Assembly (NCBI GenBank): GCA_049678285.1
Contig: JBAUDW010000018.1
Coordinates: forward strand, 1 to 54,429
Reading direction: 5' to 3'
DNA length: 54,429 bases
Source of the DNA: Phycisphaerae bacterium
GTDB taxonomy: Bacteria > Planctomycetota > Phycisphaerae > FEN-1346
Of the stretch, positions 45,587 to 54,120 are shown in pieces. Both the position numbers and the translations under genes were made by a program. A model generated the notes under the pieces. That model ran no database searches. It worked only from the letters and a program-made list of their open reading frames with translations, and was not told the origin of the DNA. Each line of letters begins with the position of its first letter. Position 1 is the first letter of the stretch.

Positions 45587-48500
45587 CACGCAACAGCACC
45601 GACAAGAAGGCCGCGGCGCTACCGAACGGACGGACGCCGATCCCCGAAAGCATCGTCCACTCCCTGACGGGCCTCATCCGGCGCCTGCGCACGGTGATTC
45701 TGGTGCGGGGCATCTCGGCGACGCTGGCCACGGCCGTCGGCGCCCTCTTGATGGTTATGGCCATTGACGCCGGTATCATGCTTTTCTCGCTGGCGACGCG
45801 CTGGCTCCTGACGCTGGTGGCCCTTGGCGCGACCGCTTTCGTCGCCGTCTATTTCCTCATCCTGCCGCTCGCCAAGACCTTCACCCTGGCCGGCATCGCC
45901 CGCGCCATCGAAACGCGCCACCCCGAACTGCAGGAACGTCTCAGTTCAGCCGTCGAACTCCTCTTGAGCCGCGACATGCCGCAGATCCGTGGCTCGGAGG
46001 TGCTCATCGCGGAACTGGTCAAGCAGGCCAGCCGCGACGCCGGCCGCGTCCAGCCGACGCGCGAGATCACCCTGCGGACCGCCCGACCGTTCCTCATCGC
46101 CGCCGGCGCAACGGTCCTGGTGCTGGCGGTCCTGATGGCGCTGGCGCCCTCGCAAGCCTTGCGCCTGCTGGCGCGCGCGGTAGCGCCCTATCTGAACTTG
46201 CCTAACGTCTCCGCCGACCAACTCGCGGTCCGCCCCGGCGACATCCGCCTGATCCAGGGCGACAGCCTCGACATCGAGGTCGTCGTCGCCAACGACGCCG
46301 TCGGCGCCGCCGAACTGAGAAAGGTCGGCCCGGACGGTTCCGAGAAGACCAGGGCGATGACTCGCGTCCCCGCGCCGGGCGTCGAGAGGCCGCGCTTTGT
46401 CCTGACGAACTCGTCGGTCAACGAAAGTTTCCGGTACCGCATCCGCGCGGGCGATGCCCTCACCCGCTACTATAGCGTCACCGTCGTCCAGCCGCCCGCC
46501 ATCGCGAGGATCGAGGCCCGCTACGAGTATCCCGCCTACATAGGCCGACCGCCTGCCGAGGGCGAAGCCCCCGCGGGCAAACTCAGCGCGCCGGCCGGCA
46601 CGGCGGTCCGCGTCGTTGCCGTCTTCGACAAGCCCCTGGTCAGCGCCGAGGTGCTCGTGAACGGCGAGCCGGTGGCGGAGGCGCGCGGCCTGGTGGAAAC
46701 CCGCCCCGACGGGTCGCCCGCCTGCGCTTTCCGTCTGGACCTTCGGCCCGAGATGCAGGGCGCCTGGGCGCTGCGAGTCGTGGACCGGTACGGCTTCACG
46801 AGCAAGACCCCCGACTATCCGCTGGAGGTGCTTTCGGACCAGCCGCCGTCGGCCCACATTCTCGTCCCCAAAGAGGACCGCCTGCGCCTGAAGCCGGATG
46901 ACCGGTTGCCCATCCAGTACGCGCTGGAGGACGACTTCGGCATCTCGCGGGCTGAGTTGCAGGTGGAATCCGACGGCCGGAAACTCGAGGCCATCCTCAT
47001 TTCCTTGCCGCCAGCGGACGCCGAAGCCGCTCGGGCCATCCTCGGCGACAAGGTTCTGGACCTCGGCACCCTGCCTCTTCGCGGGGCCCAGCGCCTGACG
47101 TTCCGCCTGCGCACGCTCGACAACCTGCCGGATGACCTCCACGGGCCGCAGGAGGGCCTCTCGGACCTCTTCACGGTCGAACTCGACACCAGCGCCGCCT
47201 CCTATGTCCAGCAACTGCTTTCGGCCGAAGAGAAACAAATCCGCGATACGCTTAAGAAAATCCTCGAGGAACTCCTGGCCGCCAAAAAGGACTCCGGCTC
47301 CCTGAAAGGCGACCTGTTGAAAGTTCAGGCGCTTGACGACGGCCTGGTGCAGCGCATTGACCGCATCCGCAACCACCTCGGCACAGCCGAGGCCACGGCG
47401 CGCGACCTCGCGAACCTCGTTTTCCCCGGACCCTACGAAACAATTTACGTGCCCCTCGCGACCATCGCCGACACCATCCGCACCGCCAACGATGTGACGG
47501 GGCGGACAAAACTCACCGACAACCCTCAGCAGCGCGGACTGTTGGCCGGCCAGGCCGACACCCACATTGACCGTGCCATCGAACTGGTCCAGCAACTGCT
47601 CAAGCAATTTGAGGAACTCCTTAATGCCATGCACCTGGCGGAAAACCTGGATCAGATGGCCATCGAGGAAATGCGGCTGGCGGAACTGATGGCCGCCATG
47701 GAAGCCGCCATCGCTGAACTCGACATGACGCCTGAAGAGTGGGCCAAGGCCCAGGAAGAACTGAACAAGGCCCTGGCGGAGATGCTCCAGCAGAACCCGG
47801 ACACTCTGGCCGCCGCCCTGGCCTCCGCCGCCGAGCAGGCCAAGGCTCTGGCTGAGGAAATCCTGGAACTGAAGGCTCAGCAGGACGACCTCGCCAAGGA
47901 TGCCGGACAACTCAGCGAGGCGACCCAGGCTCAGGCGGCTCAGGCCATGCTTGAGCAACTCCAGGCCCAGCAGGCCCAACTGGCGGCCGAGGCCCAACAG
48001 TTGGCGAATGAAGCGGCAACGGCACAGTCGCCGGCGGCCCCGACGGGCCAACAGGCCGCCCAAAGCGCCCAGCAGGCGGCAGGCCAACTCCAGACCGGGG
48101 ACCTGAGCCAAGCCGCTCAGAGCGCCCAACAGGCTGCCCAGCAACTCGGGCAAACAGCCGGTCAACTCGCCCAGCAGGCGCGCCACGAAGCCGGCCAACA
48201 AGTGGGGCAAATGGCCGGTCAGGAAGCAACGGCCCAGGCCGCTGAAGCCGCCAGGCAGGCCGCCGAAGCCGCTGGACAAGCCGCCGAGGCCGCCAGTCAG
48301 GCCGTCCAACAAGCAGGACAACAGGCCGGTCCGCAGGCAGCACAGGCTGCCCAGCAAGCAGCGCAAGCCGCCCAGCAAGCCGCACAGGCCGCGCAGCAGG
48401 CCGGGCAAATGACCGGCCAGCAAGCAGCACAGGCCGCCCAACAAGCGGGACAGGCCGCCCAGCAGGCAGGCCAAGCCGCCCAGCAAGCGGCACAGGCCGC

Positions 48501-49947
48501 CCAGCAAGCGGGGCAAATGGCTGCCGAAGCCGAGGGACAGGCCACCCAAGCCGCTGGACAGGCCGCCGAGGCCGCGGGGCAGGCCGCCCAGCAGGCAGGA
48601 GGCCAAGCCGCCCAGCAAGCGGGACAGGCCGCCCAGCAGGCGGGACAAGCCGCCCAGCAAGCGGGACAACAGGCCGGTCAGCAAGCAGGGCAGCCTGCGC
48701 AAGCCGCTGGACAGGCCGCCGAGGCCGCTGGACAGGCCGCCGAGGCCGCTGGACAGGCCGCCGCCGGGCAAATGGCCACAGGAGCCGAGGGACAGGCCAC
48801 TCAAGCCGCTGGACAGGCCGCCGAAGCCGCGGGGCAGGCCGCCCAACAGGCGGGGCAAATGGCCGGTCAGGAAGCGGGGCAGACCGCCCAGCAAGCAGGC
48901 CAAGCCGCCCAGCAAGCAGGACAGGCCGCCCAGCAGGCCGGACAACAGGCCGGCCAGCAAGCCGGGCAGGCCGCCCAAGCCGCCGGACAGGCCGCCGAAG
49001 CCGCCGGACAGGCCGCCGAGGCCGCTGGACAGGCCGCAGCAGCCCAAGCAGCGCAGATGGCCGGCCAGCAGCCCGGTCAACAGACAGGCCAACAGGCCGC
49101 GGCCATGTCGCAACAGGCGGCCGGTCTTCAGCAGCGCCAGGAGGCCCTTGCGGAGCAGATGGGCGCCCTCGCACAAGACAACATGCTCGGAGCCATGACT
49201 GCGGAGCAGGCGGGCATCGCCGCCCAAGCCGAGCAACTCGCCCAGCAGACAGCCGGGCTTCAGCAACAGGCTCAGGCCCTTGCCTCGGCCAGCGCCTCCC
49301 AGGCTGCTCAGGCAGCGGCGCAGATGGCACAGGCCGCCCAGTCCGCCTCCCAAGCCGCTTCGCAAATGGGACAACAGGCCGGCCAGCAAGCGGGGCAACA
49401 GTCCGGTCAGCAAGCAGGACAACAGTCCGGTCAGCAAGCGGGACAGGCTGCCCAGCAGGCGGCCTCCCAGGCGATGGCGCAGGCCGCCCAAGCCCTGAGC
49501 GGGATGAGCGAGAGTCTGGCCGCCGCCGCTGCGCCGGCGTCCGGCACGCCTCTGGACAGTGCGATGGCCGGCGCGTATAGCGCTGCTTCGATGGCCGCCG
49601 CAACTCCTTCCACGCCGACGGCCGCCATGGCTGCCAGCGCCATGGCGGCAGCCAGTCAAGCAGCCTCCGCCAGTGCATCCGCCCAAGGCTGGGTGCCGGG
49701 TATGGTGCCGGGCATGTCAAGTAACCCCCGGATGGGCACCGGCCTGCAGGCGGTGGACCCGCGCGTGGCGAAACTGAAGGCGCTCGGCATCACGCTGGCC
49801 GACTGGGCGCGGCTGCCGGGAACGCTTCGCAGCCAGATTCTCCAGGCTGCCGATGAAGGCGCTCCTCAGGAGTACCGCACGCTCATCCAGCGATACTTCC
49901 AGGAGGTCGCCCGCCGCGGCAGCGCCATCCCCGAAGGAAGGAAGTAG
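45583..49947 (+). CDS. DUF4175-like giant membrane-anchored protein with ~500-aa Ala/Gly/Gln low-complexity region
   Basis: ATG 45583 overlaps the upstream stop. Two N-terminal TM helices, a central beta-rich part, coiled coils, then the AAQQAGQ repeats. The C-terminus EYRTLIQRYFQEV is conserved-looking. Confidence 0.75.
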   Translation: MTRNSTDKKAAALPNGRTPIPESIVHSLTGLIRRLRTVILVRGISATLATAVGALLMVMAIDAGIMLFSLATRWLLTLVALGATAFVAVYFLILPLAKTFTLAGIARAIETRHPELQERLSSAVELLLSRDMPQIRGSEVLIAELVKQASRDAGRVQPTREITLRTARPFLIAAGATVLVLAVLMALAPSQALRLLARAVAPYLNLPNVSADQLAVRPGDIRLIQGDSLDIEVVVANDAVGAAELRKVGPDGSEKTRAMTRVPAPGVERPRFVLTNSSVNESFRYRIRAGDALTRYYSVTVVQPPAIARIEARYEYPAYIGRPPAEGEAPAGKLSAPAGTAVRVVAVFDKPLVSAEVLVNGEPVAEARGLVETRPDGSPACAFRLDLRPEMQGAWALRVVDRYGFTSKTPDYPLEVLSDQPPSAHILVPKEDRLRLKPDDRLPIQYALEDDFGISRAELQVESDGRKLEAILISLPPADAEAARAILGDKVLDLGTLPLRGAQRLTFRLRTLDNLPDDLHGPQEGLSDLFTVELDTSAASYVQQLLSAEEKQIRDTLKKILEELLAAKKDSGSLKGDLLKVQALDDGLVQRIDRIRNHLGTAEATARDLANLVFPGPYETIYVPLATIADTIRTANDVTGRTKLTDNPQQRGLLAGQADTHIDRAIELVQQLLKQFEELLNAMHLAENLDQMAIEEMRLAELMAAMEAAIAELDMTPEEWAKAQEELNKALAEMLQQNPDTLAAALASAAEQAKALAEEILELKAQQDDLAKDAGQLSEATQAQAAQAMLEQLQAQQAQLAAEAQQLANEAATAQSPAAPTGQQAAQSAQQAAGQLQTGDLSQAAQSAQQAAQQLGQTAGQLAQQARHEAGQQVGQMAGQEATAQAAEAARQAAEAAGQAAEAASQAVQQAGQQAGPQAAQAAQQAAQAAQQAAQAAQQAGQMTGQQAAQAAQQAGQAAQQAGQAAQQAAQAAQQAGQMAAEAEGQATQAAGQAAEAAGQAAQQAGGQAAQQAGQAAQQAGQAAQQAGQQAGQQAGQPAQAAGQAAEAAGQAAEAAGQAAAGQMATGAEGQATQAAGQAAEAAGQAAQQAGQMAGQEAGQTAQQAGQAAQQAGQAAQQAGQQAGQQAGQAAQAAGQAAEAAGQAAEAAGQAAAAQAAQMAGQQPGQQTGQQAAAMSQQAAGLQQRQEALAEQMGALAQDNMLGAMTAEQAGIAAQAEQLAQQTAGLQQQAQALASASASQAAQAAAQMAQAAQSASQAASQMGQQAGQQAGQQSGQQAGQQSGQQAGQAAQQAASQAMAQAAQALSGMSESLAAAAAPASGTPLDSAMAGAYSAASMAAATPSTPTAAMAASAMAAASQAASASASAQGWVPGMVPGMSSNPRMGTGLQAVDPRVAKLKALGITLADWARLPGTLRSQILQAADEGAPQEYRTLIQRYFQEVARRGSAIPEGRK
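48511..49040 (+). repeat. higher-order tandem duplication (~255 nt / 85 aa unit, 2 copies) inside the AGQ region
   Basis: Unit 1 starts GQMAAEAEGQATQAAGQAAEAAGQAAQQAG at 48511. Unit 2 starts GQMATGAEGQATQAAGQAAEAAGQAAQQAG at 48766. Both end GQAAEAAGQAAEAAGQAAA. Confidence 0.75.
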
Positions 49948-49950
49948 CCC

Positions 49951-51039
49951 ATGCCCGGACCTGTCACGCGAAGTGGACATCGCGTTCTCATCGCCGTTGT
50001 GCTGGCGACGCTGGCCGGTGCGGTGGCGATCGTTCGGCCGGGCGCCACGAGCGCGGATCAGACCTCGCCCCTCCTCGCCCCCTACCAGGACCGCCTCCAG
50101 CAGGCCACGGACCGAGCCCTGGAGTTCCTCGCCAAGAGCCAACTACCGGACGGCTCCTTCCCGACGCAGAAGAACGACACCGCTATCACGTCGCTGTCGG
50201 TCATGGCGTTTCTGGCCTGCGGCCACACGCCGGGACAGGGACCCTACGGCGAGGTCATCAACCGAGGCATCGACGTCGTCCTGGCCAGCCAGCAACCCAA
50301 CGGTCTCCTGGTCCAAGGCACCGTCGCCTCCGGGCCGATGTACAGCCATGGCGCGAGCACGCTGATGCTGCTGGAGGTTTCCGGCATGGTGGACCCCGCG
50401 CGCCAGGCCCGCATTGACGAAGCCCTCGCCAAAGCCCTCAAACTCATCCTGGCCGCCCAGAGCATCCCCAAAGACGACAACAACCGCGGCGGATGGCGCT
50501 ACCAGCCCACGAGCGGCGACAGCGACATCTCCTGCACCGGATGGCAACTGATGGCCCTGCGCTCGGCCCGTAACAACGGCGCCCTTGTCCCTACGGAGGC
50601 CATCGAGGAGGCCGTCAAGTACATCCTCAAGTGCCGACACAAGGACAGCGGGGGGTTCGGCTACCAGCCGGGCGGCGGCCCCAACCTGGCACGCACAGGC
50701 ACCGGCCTTTTGGCGATGGAACTGTGCGGCCGGCACGGCGACCGGACCACCCAGGCGGCCGGCGGATGGATCCTCCAGAACCTCCCCCCGGGCGTCCAGG
50801 TCGAATTCTTCTACTACGGCCTTTACTACTGCTCTCAAGGGATGTTCCAACTCGGCGACAAGTACTGGGAGGGGTGGGCCCAGCGGATGTATGACATCAT
50901 GCTTGCGAGCCAACAGGCGGACGGTTCCTGGCCGGTCGGCGGCGGCCCTGAGAACACGGCCGGCCCCTGCTACTCTACCGCCATGAGCGTCCTGGCCCTG
51001 AGCGTCTCGTACCGCCAGTTGCCCATCTACCAGCGATGA
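49951..51039 (+). CDS. prenyltransferase/squalene-oxidase-repeat (terpenoid-cyclase-fold) protein
   Basis: Repeated QLPDGSF, QQPNGLL, GGWRYQP, DSGGFGYQPG and QQADGSWP motifs. N-terminal signal or TM segment. Confidence 0.75.
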   Translation: MPGPVTRSGHRVLIAVVLATLAGAVAIVRPGATSADQTSPLLAPYQDRLQQATDRALEFLAKSQLPDGSFPTQKNDTAITSLSVMAFLACGHTPGQGPYGEVINRGIDVVLASQQPNGLLVQGTVASGPMYSHGASTLMLLEVSGMVDPARQARIDEALAKALKLILAAQSIPKDDNNRGGWRYQPTSGDSDISCTGWQLMALRSARNNGALVPTEAIEEAVKYILKCRHKDSGGFGYQPGGGPNLARTGTGLLAMELCGRHGDRTTQAAGGWILQNLPPGVQVEFFYYGLYYCSQGMFQLGDKYWEGWAQRMYDIMLASQQADGSWPVGGGPENTAGPCYSTAMSVLALSVSYRQLPIYQR

Positions 51040-51134
51040 GGCGCTGCCCATGAGACGAACTCCACGCATGCGGCCTCGGCCGGGGCGAAGAGCCGCAGGA
51101 ACCGCAGCCTGCCGATGCACCCGGCGGCCTATGA

Positions 51135-51392
51135 AGCCCTAGCGGCGATTCGGGCGGGCCTTCCTTTGTTTTGGTCGGCGGCGAATACCTCCTCGCCGGC
51201 GTCAACACGTTCAGTTTCACGGCCATCTCCTCGCCGAACAAGCAGTTCGATGCGCCGCTCTTCGGCAGCGGAGGCGGCGGGATGCTCGTGCCCGCCTATG
51301 CGGACTGGATCAACTCGGTGATCCCCGAGCCGGCTACCGTCGGACTGCTTCTCTTAGGCGGCCTCTTCATTCTGCGCCGGCGCGCGGCGTAG
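51135..51392 (+). pseudogene. 3' stub of a paralogous PEP-CTERM trypsin-like protease
   Basis: The frame opens right after a TGA and reads SPSGDSGGPSFVLVGGEYLLAGVNTF...GSGGGGMLVPAYADWINSVIPEPATVGLLLLGGLFILRRRAA. It keeps the Ser active-site box but lacks the whole N-terminal ~340 codons. Confidence 0.75.
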
Positions 51393-51602
51393 GGAGGGAA
51401 ACCGTCGCCTGCCGCTTACTTCACCGCCCTTCGACTTTCCTCAGGGCGGCCCCGAGTCCCGACATGGTCGGGATCGAGGGGCCGCAAGCGGCTCTCCGGT
51501 CGGACGGTCTTCGCTTGACCCGGCTGCGCCCCCTAGGATACTCTGTCTTGGCAGATCCCGTGGGCGGGTGGCGGAACTGGCAGACGCTAGGGACTTAAAA
51601 TC
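51261..51602 (+). repeat. right copy of the direct repeat (protease 3' end, intergenic region, tRNA-Leu(UAA) 5' half)
   Basis: See 36596-36879. The two copies are 14,665 nt apart. Confidence 0.8.
51515..51544 (+). promoter_or_regulatory. possible promoter for tRNA-Leu(UAA)
   Basis: TTGACC (51515-51520), 18 nt, TACTCT (51539-51544). The same boxes (TTGACC / TACCCT) are conserved in the left repeat copy. Confidence 0.4.
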
Positions 51603-51650
51603 CCTTGGCCCTTCGGGGCCGTACCGGTTCGACTCCGGTCTCGCCCACCA
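51562..51650 (+). tRNA. tRNA-Leu(UAA), class II, CCA encoded
   Basis: Acceptor GGGCGGG/CTCGCCC (one G-U pair). Anticodon stem AGGGA/TCCCT with loop CTTAAAA. Variable arm GGCCC-TTCG-GGGCC. T arm ACCGG-TTCGACT-CCGGT. Confidence 0.9.
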
Positions 51651-51660
51651 CGTGGGACAA

Positions 51661-51724
51661 AAACGGTGTCAGGAACCGTTTTTCTCAGGAACCGTTTTTC
51701 TGAAAACGGTTCCTGACACCGTTT
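51661..51724. terminator. 22-bp perfect inverted repeat between the convergent tRNA-Leu and oxidoreductase genes
   Basis: AAACGGTGTCAGGAACCGTTTT (51661-51682) pairs with 51703-51724. The loop contains a second copy of CAGGAACCGTTTTT, which allows an alternative 13-bp hairpin. Confidence 0.5.
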
Positions 51725-51728
51725 CTCC

Positions 51729-53003
51729 CTAAACGACGATCTGTTGTTTCTCGGCGTCGAACCGGGCCGTCTTGCCCTGCTTCATGGCCAGATAGCCCAT
51801 GATGAGGGCCGTCTGCACGTGGTACCCGAGTTCGATGGGTGCGTTCAGTTCGTTCTTGCGGGTCTTCGTGCAATCCAAGAGGTTCTTCCAGTGGTCGACG
51901 TTGTTCTCGGCGTGCTCGATGGGGAAGGTTTGGCGCGGCTTCTTGCAACCGTCGGCGGGGGTGAAGTGGATCTCCTTGCCCGAGACCGTCAGCGACCCGT
52001 CCCAGCCGCGGATGACGGGTATCCGCCCGCCGGCGCCGCGGCCGGGGATCCTCGGGTCGTTATTGCCCTGCGTGCCCAGGATCGCCACCGTGATCTTCTG
52101 AGGATAGTCGACGAGCATGTTGAACGTGTCGGGCACCTCGCGCTCGGTGTAGCGGAACATGCCGCCGGTGGCCACGGCGAGGCTCGGGAACGTGACGCCC
52201 AGCACGCTTACGACCGGGCTCAGGGAGTGCGGGAAAAGGTCTGTGCACGGCCCGGCCGCGTAGTCCTCATACATGCGCCAGCGGAAGAAACGGCTGACGT
52301 CGAAATCTCGCTTCGGCGAATCGCCGAGGAACGCCTCCCAGTTGAGGTCCGGCCCGGGCTTGGCGTTCTTATCGTCAATCGGCATGCCGCGCTCGCCCCA
52401 GTCGCCCACGCGGAAGTATCCGCAGTCGGCGTGGATGGGCTGGCCGATGAGGCCGTCCTGCACCAGTTTCCGCATCTGGTGCCACGCCCCGTCGGACATG
52501 CCCTGCGAGCCCACCTGGACCAGGCGGCCGGTCTTCTTCGCCTCGGCCGCAAGTTGCTTCGCCAGGTCAAACTGGCGCCAGTGTGTCAGCGGCTTCTCGA
52601 CGTACATATCCTTGCCGGCCTTGACGGCGTCGATGGCCTGCGGCGCGTGAATGTGGTCGGGCGTGGCGATGCAGACCACGTCGACCTTCGGGTCGGCCAG
52701 GAGTTCACGGTAATCCATGTACCCCGTGCCACCGTGTTCTTTGGCGGCCCGCTCCATACGCGGGCGGTAAACGTCGCAGAACGCGACGAGGTCCACGGGG
52801 TAACTCTTCTGCTCCTTGAGGTGCTTGACCATGCCCATGTGGCTGCCGGCCCGGCTTCCGCAACCGATAAAGCCGACGCCCAGGCGTTCGTTGGCCCCGC
52901 GTGCGGCCCGCGGGGCGCCGCCGACGAAGGCCGTGGCCGCCACCATCGCCGCCGTCTTCATGAAGTCGCGCCGCGTGGCGCCGCTCCCGGATTCCGATGC
53001 CAT
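51729..53003 (-). CDS. Gfo/Idh/MocA-family oxidoreductase with twin-arginine signal
   Basis: I prefer ATG 53003 (AAGGAG 8 nt upstream). ATRRDFMKTAAMVAATAF (Tat motif). LGVGFIGCGSRAGSH (Rossmann fold). Confidence 0.85.
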   Translation of the reverse strand: MASESGSGATRRDFMKTAAMVAATAFVGGAPRAARGANERLGVGFIGCGSRAGSHMGMVKHLKEQKSYPVDLVAFCDVYRPRMERAAKEHGGTGYMDYRELLADPKVDVVCIATPDHIHAPQAIDAVKAGKDMYVEKPLTHWRQFDLAKQLAAEAKKTGRLVQVGSQGMSDGAWHQMRKLVQDGLIGQPIHADCGYFRVGDWGERGMPIDDKNAKPGPDLNWEAFLGDSPKRDFDVSRFFRWRMYEDYAAGPCTDLFPHSLSPVVSVLGVTFPSLAVATGGMFRYTEREVPDTFNMLVDYPQKITVAILGTQGNNDPRIPGRGAGGRIPVIRGWDGSLTVSGKEIHFTPADGCKKPRQTFPIEHAENNVDHWKNLLDCTKTRKNELNAPIELGYHVQTALIMGYLAMKQGKTARFDAEKQQIVV

Positions 53004-53020
53004 AGTTCGCGCTCCTTTGT

Positions 53021-53989
53021 TCAGGGCTTGCCCGGTTTCGTGGACGATTCCTCCGCCTTCGGCGCCACCAGTTCCAGCCAGCGCCGGTACACTTTCTCGA
53101 TCTCCTCGGCCTCGACCTTGCCGTCCCACACCGCCACGCCGTACGTGAGGGCCAGGGGCTTGCCCGCCTCAACCACCAGCGGCTCGCGGTGGAGGTTGAG
53201 CGTGGCCGACAGGTACGCGAACGGCTTGGCCATGATGAACCACCACGCCGGCCGCACGTTCGACGGGTGGCCGAACATGGCGACCGTGACGGGCTTGCCG
53301 TCGGCCATGGCCGTGTAGGCGCACCACGGGCCGGCCGTGAGACGTTCATCGCCGCGCACGACCTCGCCATCGACCGGCCCCTTCGGCGTGAAGAACGGCC
53401 CGGCGGCGTCCATCGACCGGATGAACCGCATGCCGAGACCGTAGTAATGGCTGCCGCCGAGTTGGACGGACGGGTGTCCCTCGGCGGCCTCGAGCCGGGT
53501 CTGCCACGTCAGGAGGGTGGCATCCGGCGCCGCCCCGCGGTAGACCGTGACCGAGCGAACCTCGTGCGCCACGGGCTTGTCCGCCTTCGGGGGTGCCCAG
53601 TCGATTCGCTCGGAGAACGTGGCCGTCGCCAGGCCGTCGCGGGCCTGGGTCCGGGTGTCGCCGACGGACCGGTGGACTTGGCGGCCGCAGGTCTTCGCCT
53701 CGCTCCAGAAGTCCACGCCGTCGATGCCCACGGCGAACATCAAGCCATGATGATGGGTATGGTCGGGCGGGCTGTCCAGCAGCACGTTCACGCCCCCGGG
53801 GGTGAATAGTTGCTTGACGTACGGCTTGAAGAGTTCCGGGTCGTGTACGTACTCCAGGATGGGCCGGTCGGCGTCTTTGATGGTGACCGACAAATCGCCG
53901 GCCTGAATCTGAATCCGCGCGGGGTCTGCGGCCGACGCCGTCGCGGCCAGGACGAGCGCCGCCGCCCATGCCAAGCCAAGGACCTCCAC
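53021..53989 (-). CDS. PmoA-like / DUF6807-family secreted protein
   Basis: Signal peptide MEVLGLAWAAALVLAATASA. DSPPDHTHHHGLMFAVGIDGVDFWSE. Usual partner of Gfo/Idh/MocA genes in PVC bacteria (from memory). Confidence 0.65.
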   Translation of the reverse strand: MEVLGLAWAAALVLAATASAADPARIQIQAGDLSVTIKDADRPILEYVHDPELFKPYVKQLFTPGGVNVLLDSPPDHTHHHGLMFAVGIDGVDFWSEAKTCGRQVHRSVGDTRTQARDGLATATFSERIDWAPPKADKPVAHEVRSVTVYRGAAPDATLLTWQTRLEAAEGHPSVQLGGSHYYGLGMRFIRSMDAAGPFFTPKGPVDGEVVRGDERLTAGPWCAYTAMADGKPVTVAMFGHPSNVRPAWWFIMAKPFAYLSATLNLHREPLVVEAGKPLALTYGVAVWDGKVEAEEIEKVYRRWLELVAPKAEESSTKPGKP

Positions 53990-54034
53990 GGCTCACCCTC
54001 CGTTATGCCTGCGGACCTCGGTGTGCCAAGAGAA

Positions 54035-54120
54035 AAACGGGGACGGGAGTCGTTTTCCCAAAAACCTTGTTTTTTGCGCGCCAGGGCCGTTTTCTGCAGA
54101 AACGACTCCCGTCCCCGTTT
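54035..54120. repeat. 21-bp perfect inverted repeat with 44-nt spacer, related in design to 51661-51724
   Basis: AAACGGGGACGGGAGTCGTTT (54035-54055) pairs with 54100-54120. The spacer ends CCGTTTTCTGCAG, which together with the right-arm start gives CGTTTTCTGCAGAAACG, resembling CGTTTTTCTGAAAACG of the other element. Confidence 0.7.

Noticed and set aside
45946-49720. Very long minus-strand ORFs (1246 aa at 45946..49686 and 602 aa at 47912..49720) opposite the DUF4175-like gene
   Set aside because: Their translations are Gly/Leu/Arg/Pro low-complexity mirror images of the AGQ repeat tract. They have no start context or domain-like segments, whereas the plus-strand gene has TM helices, structured domains and operon coupling.
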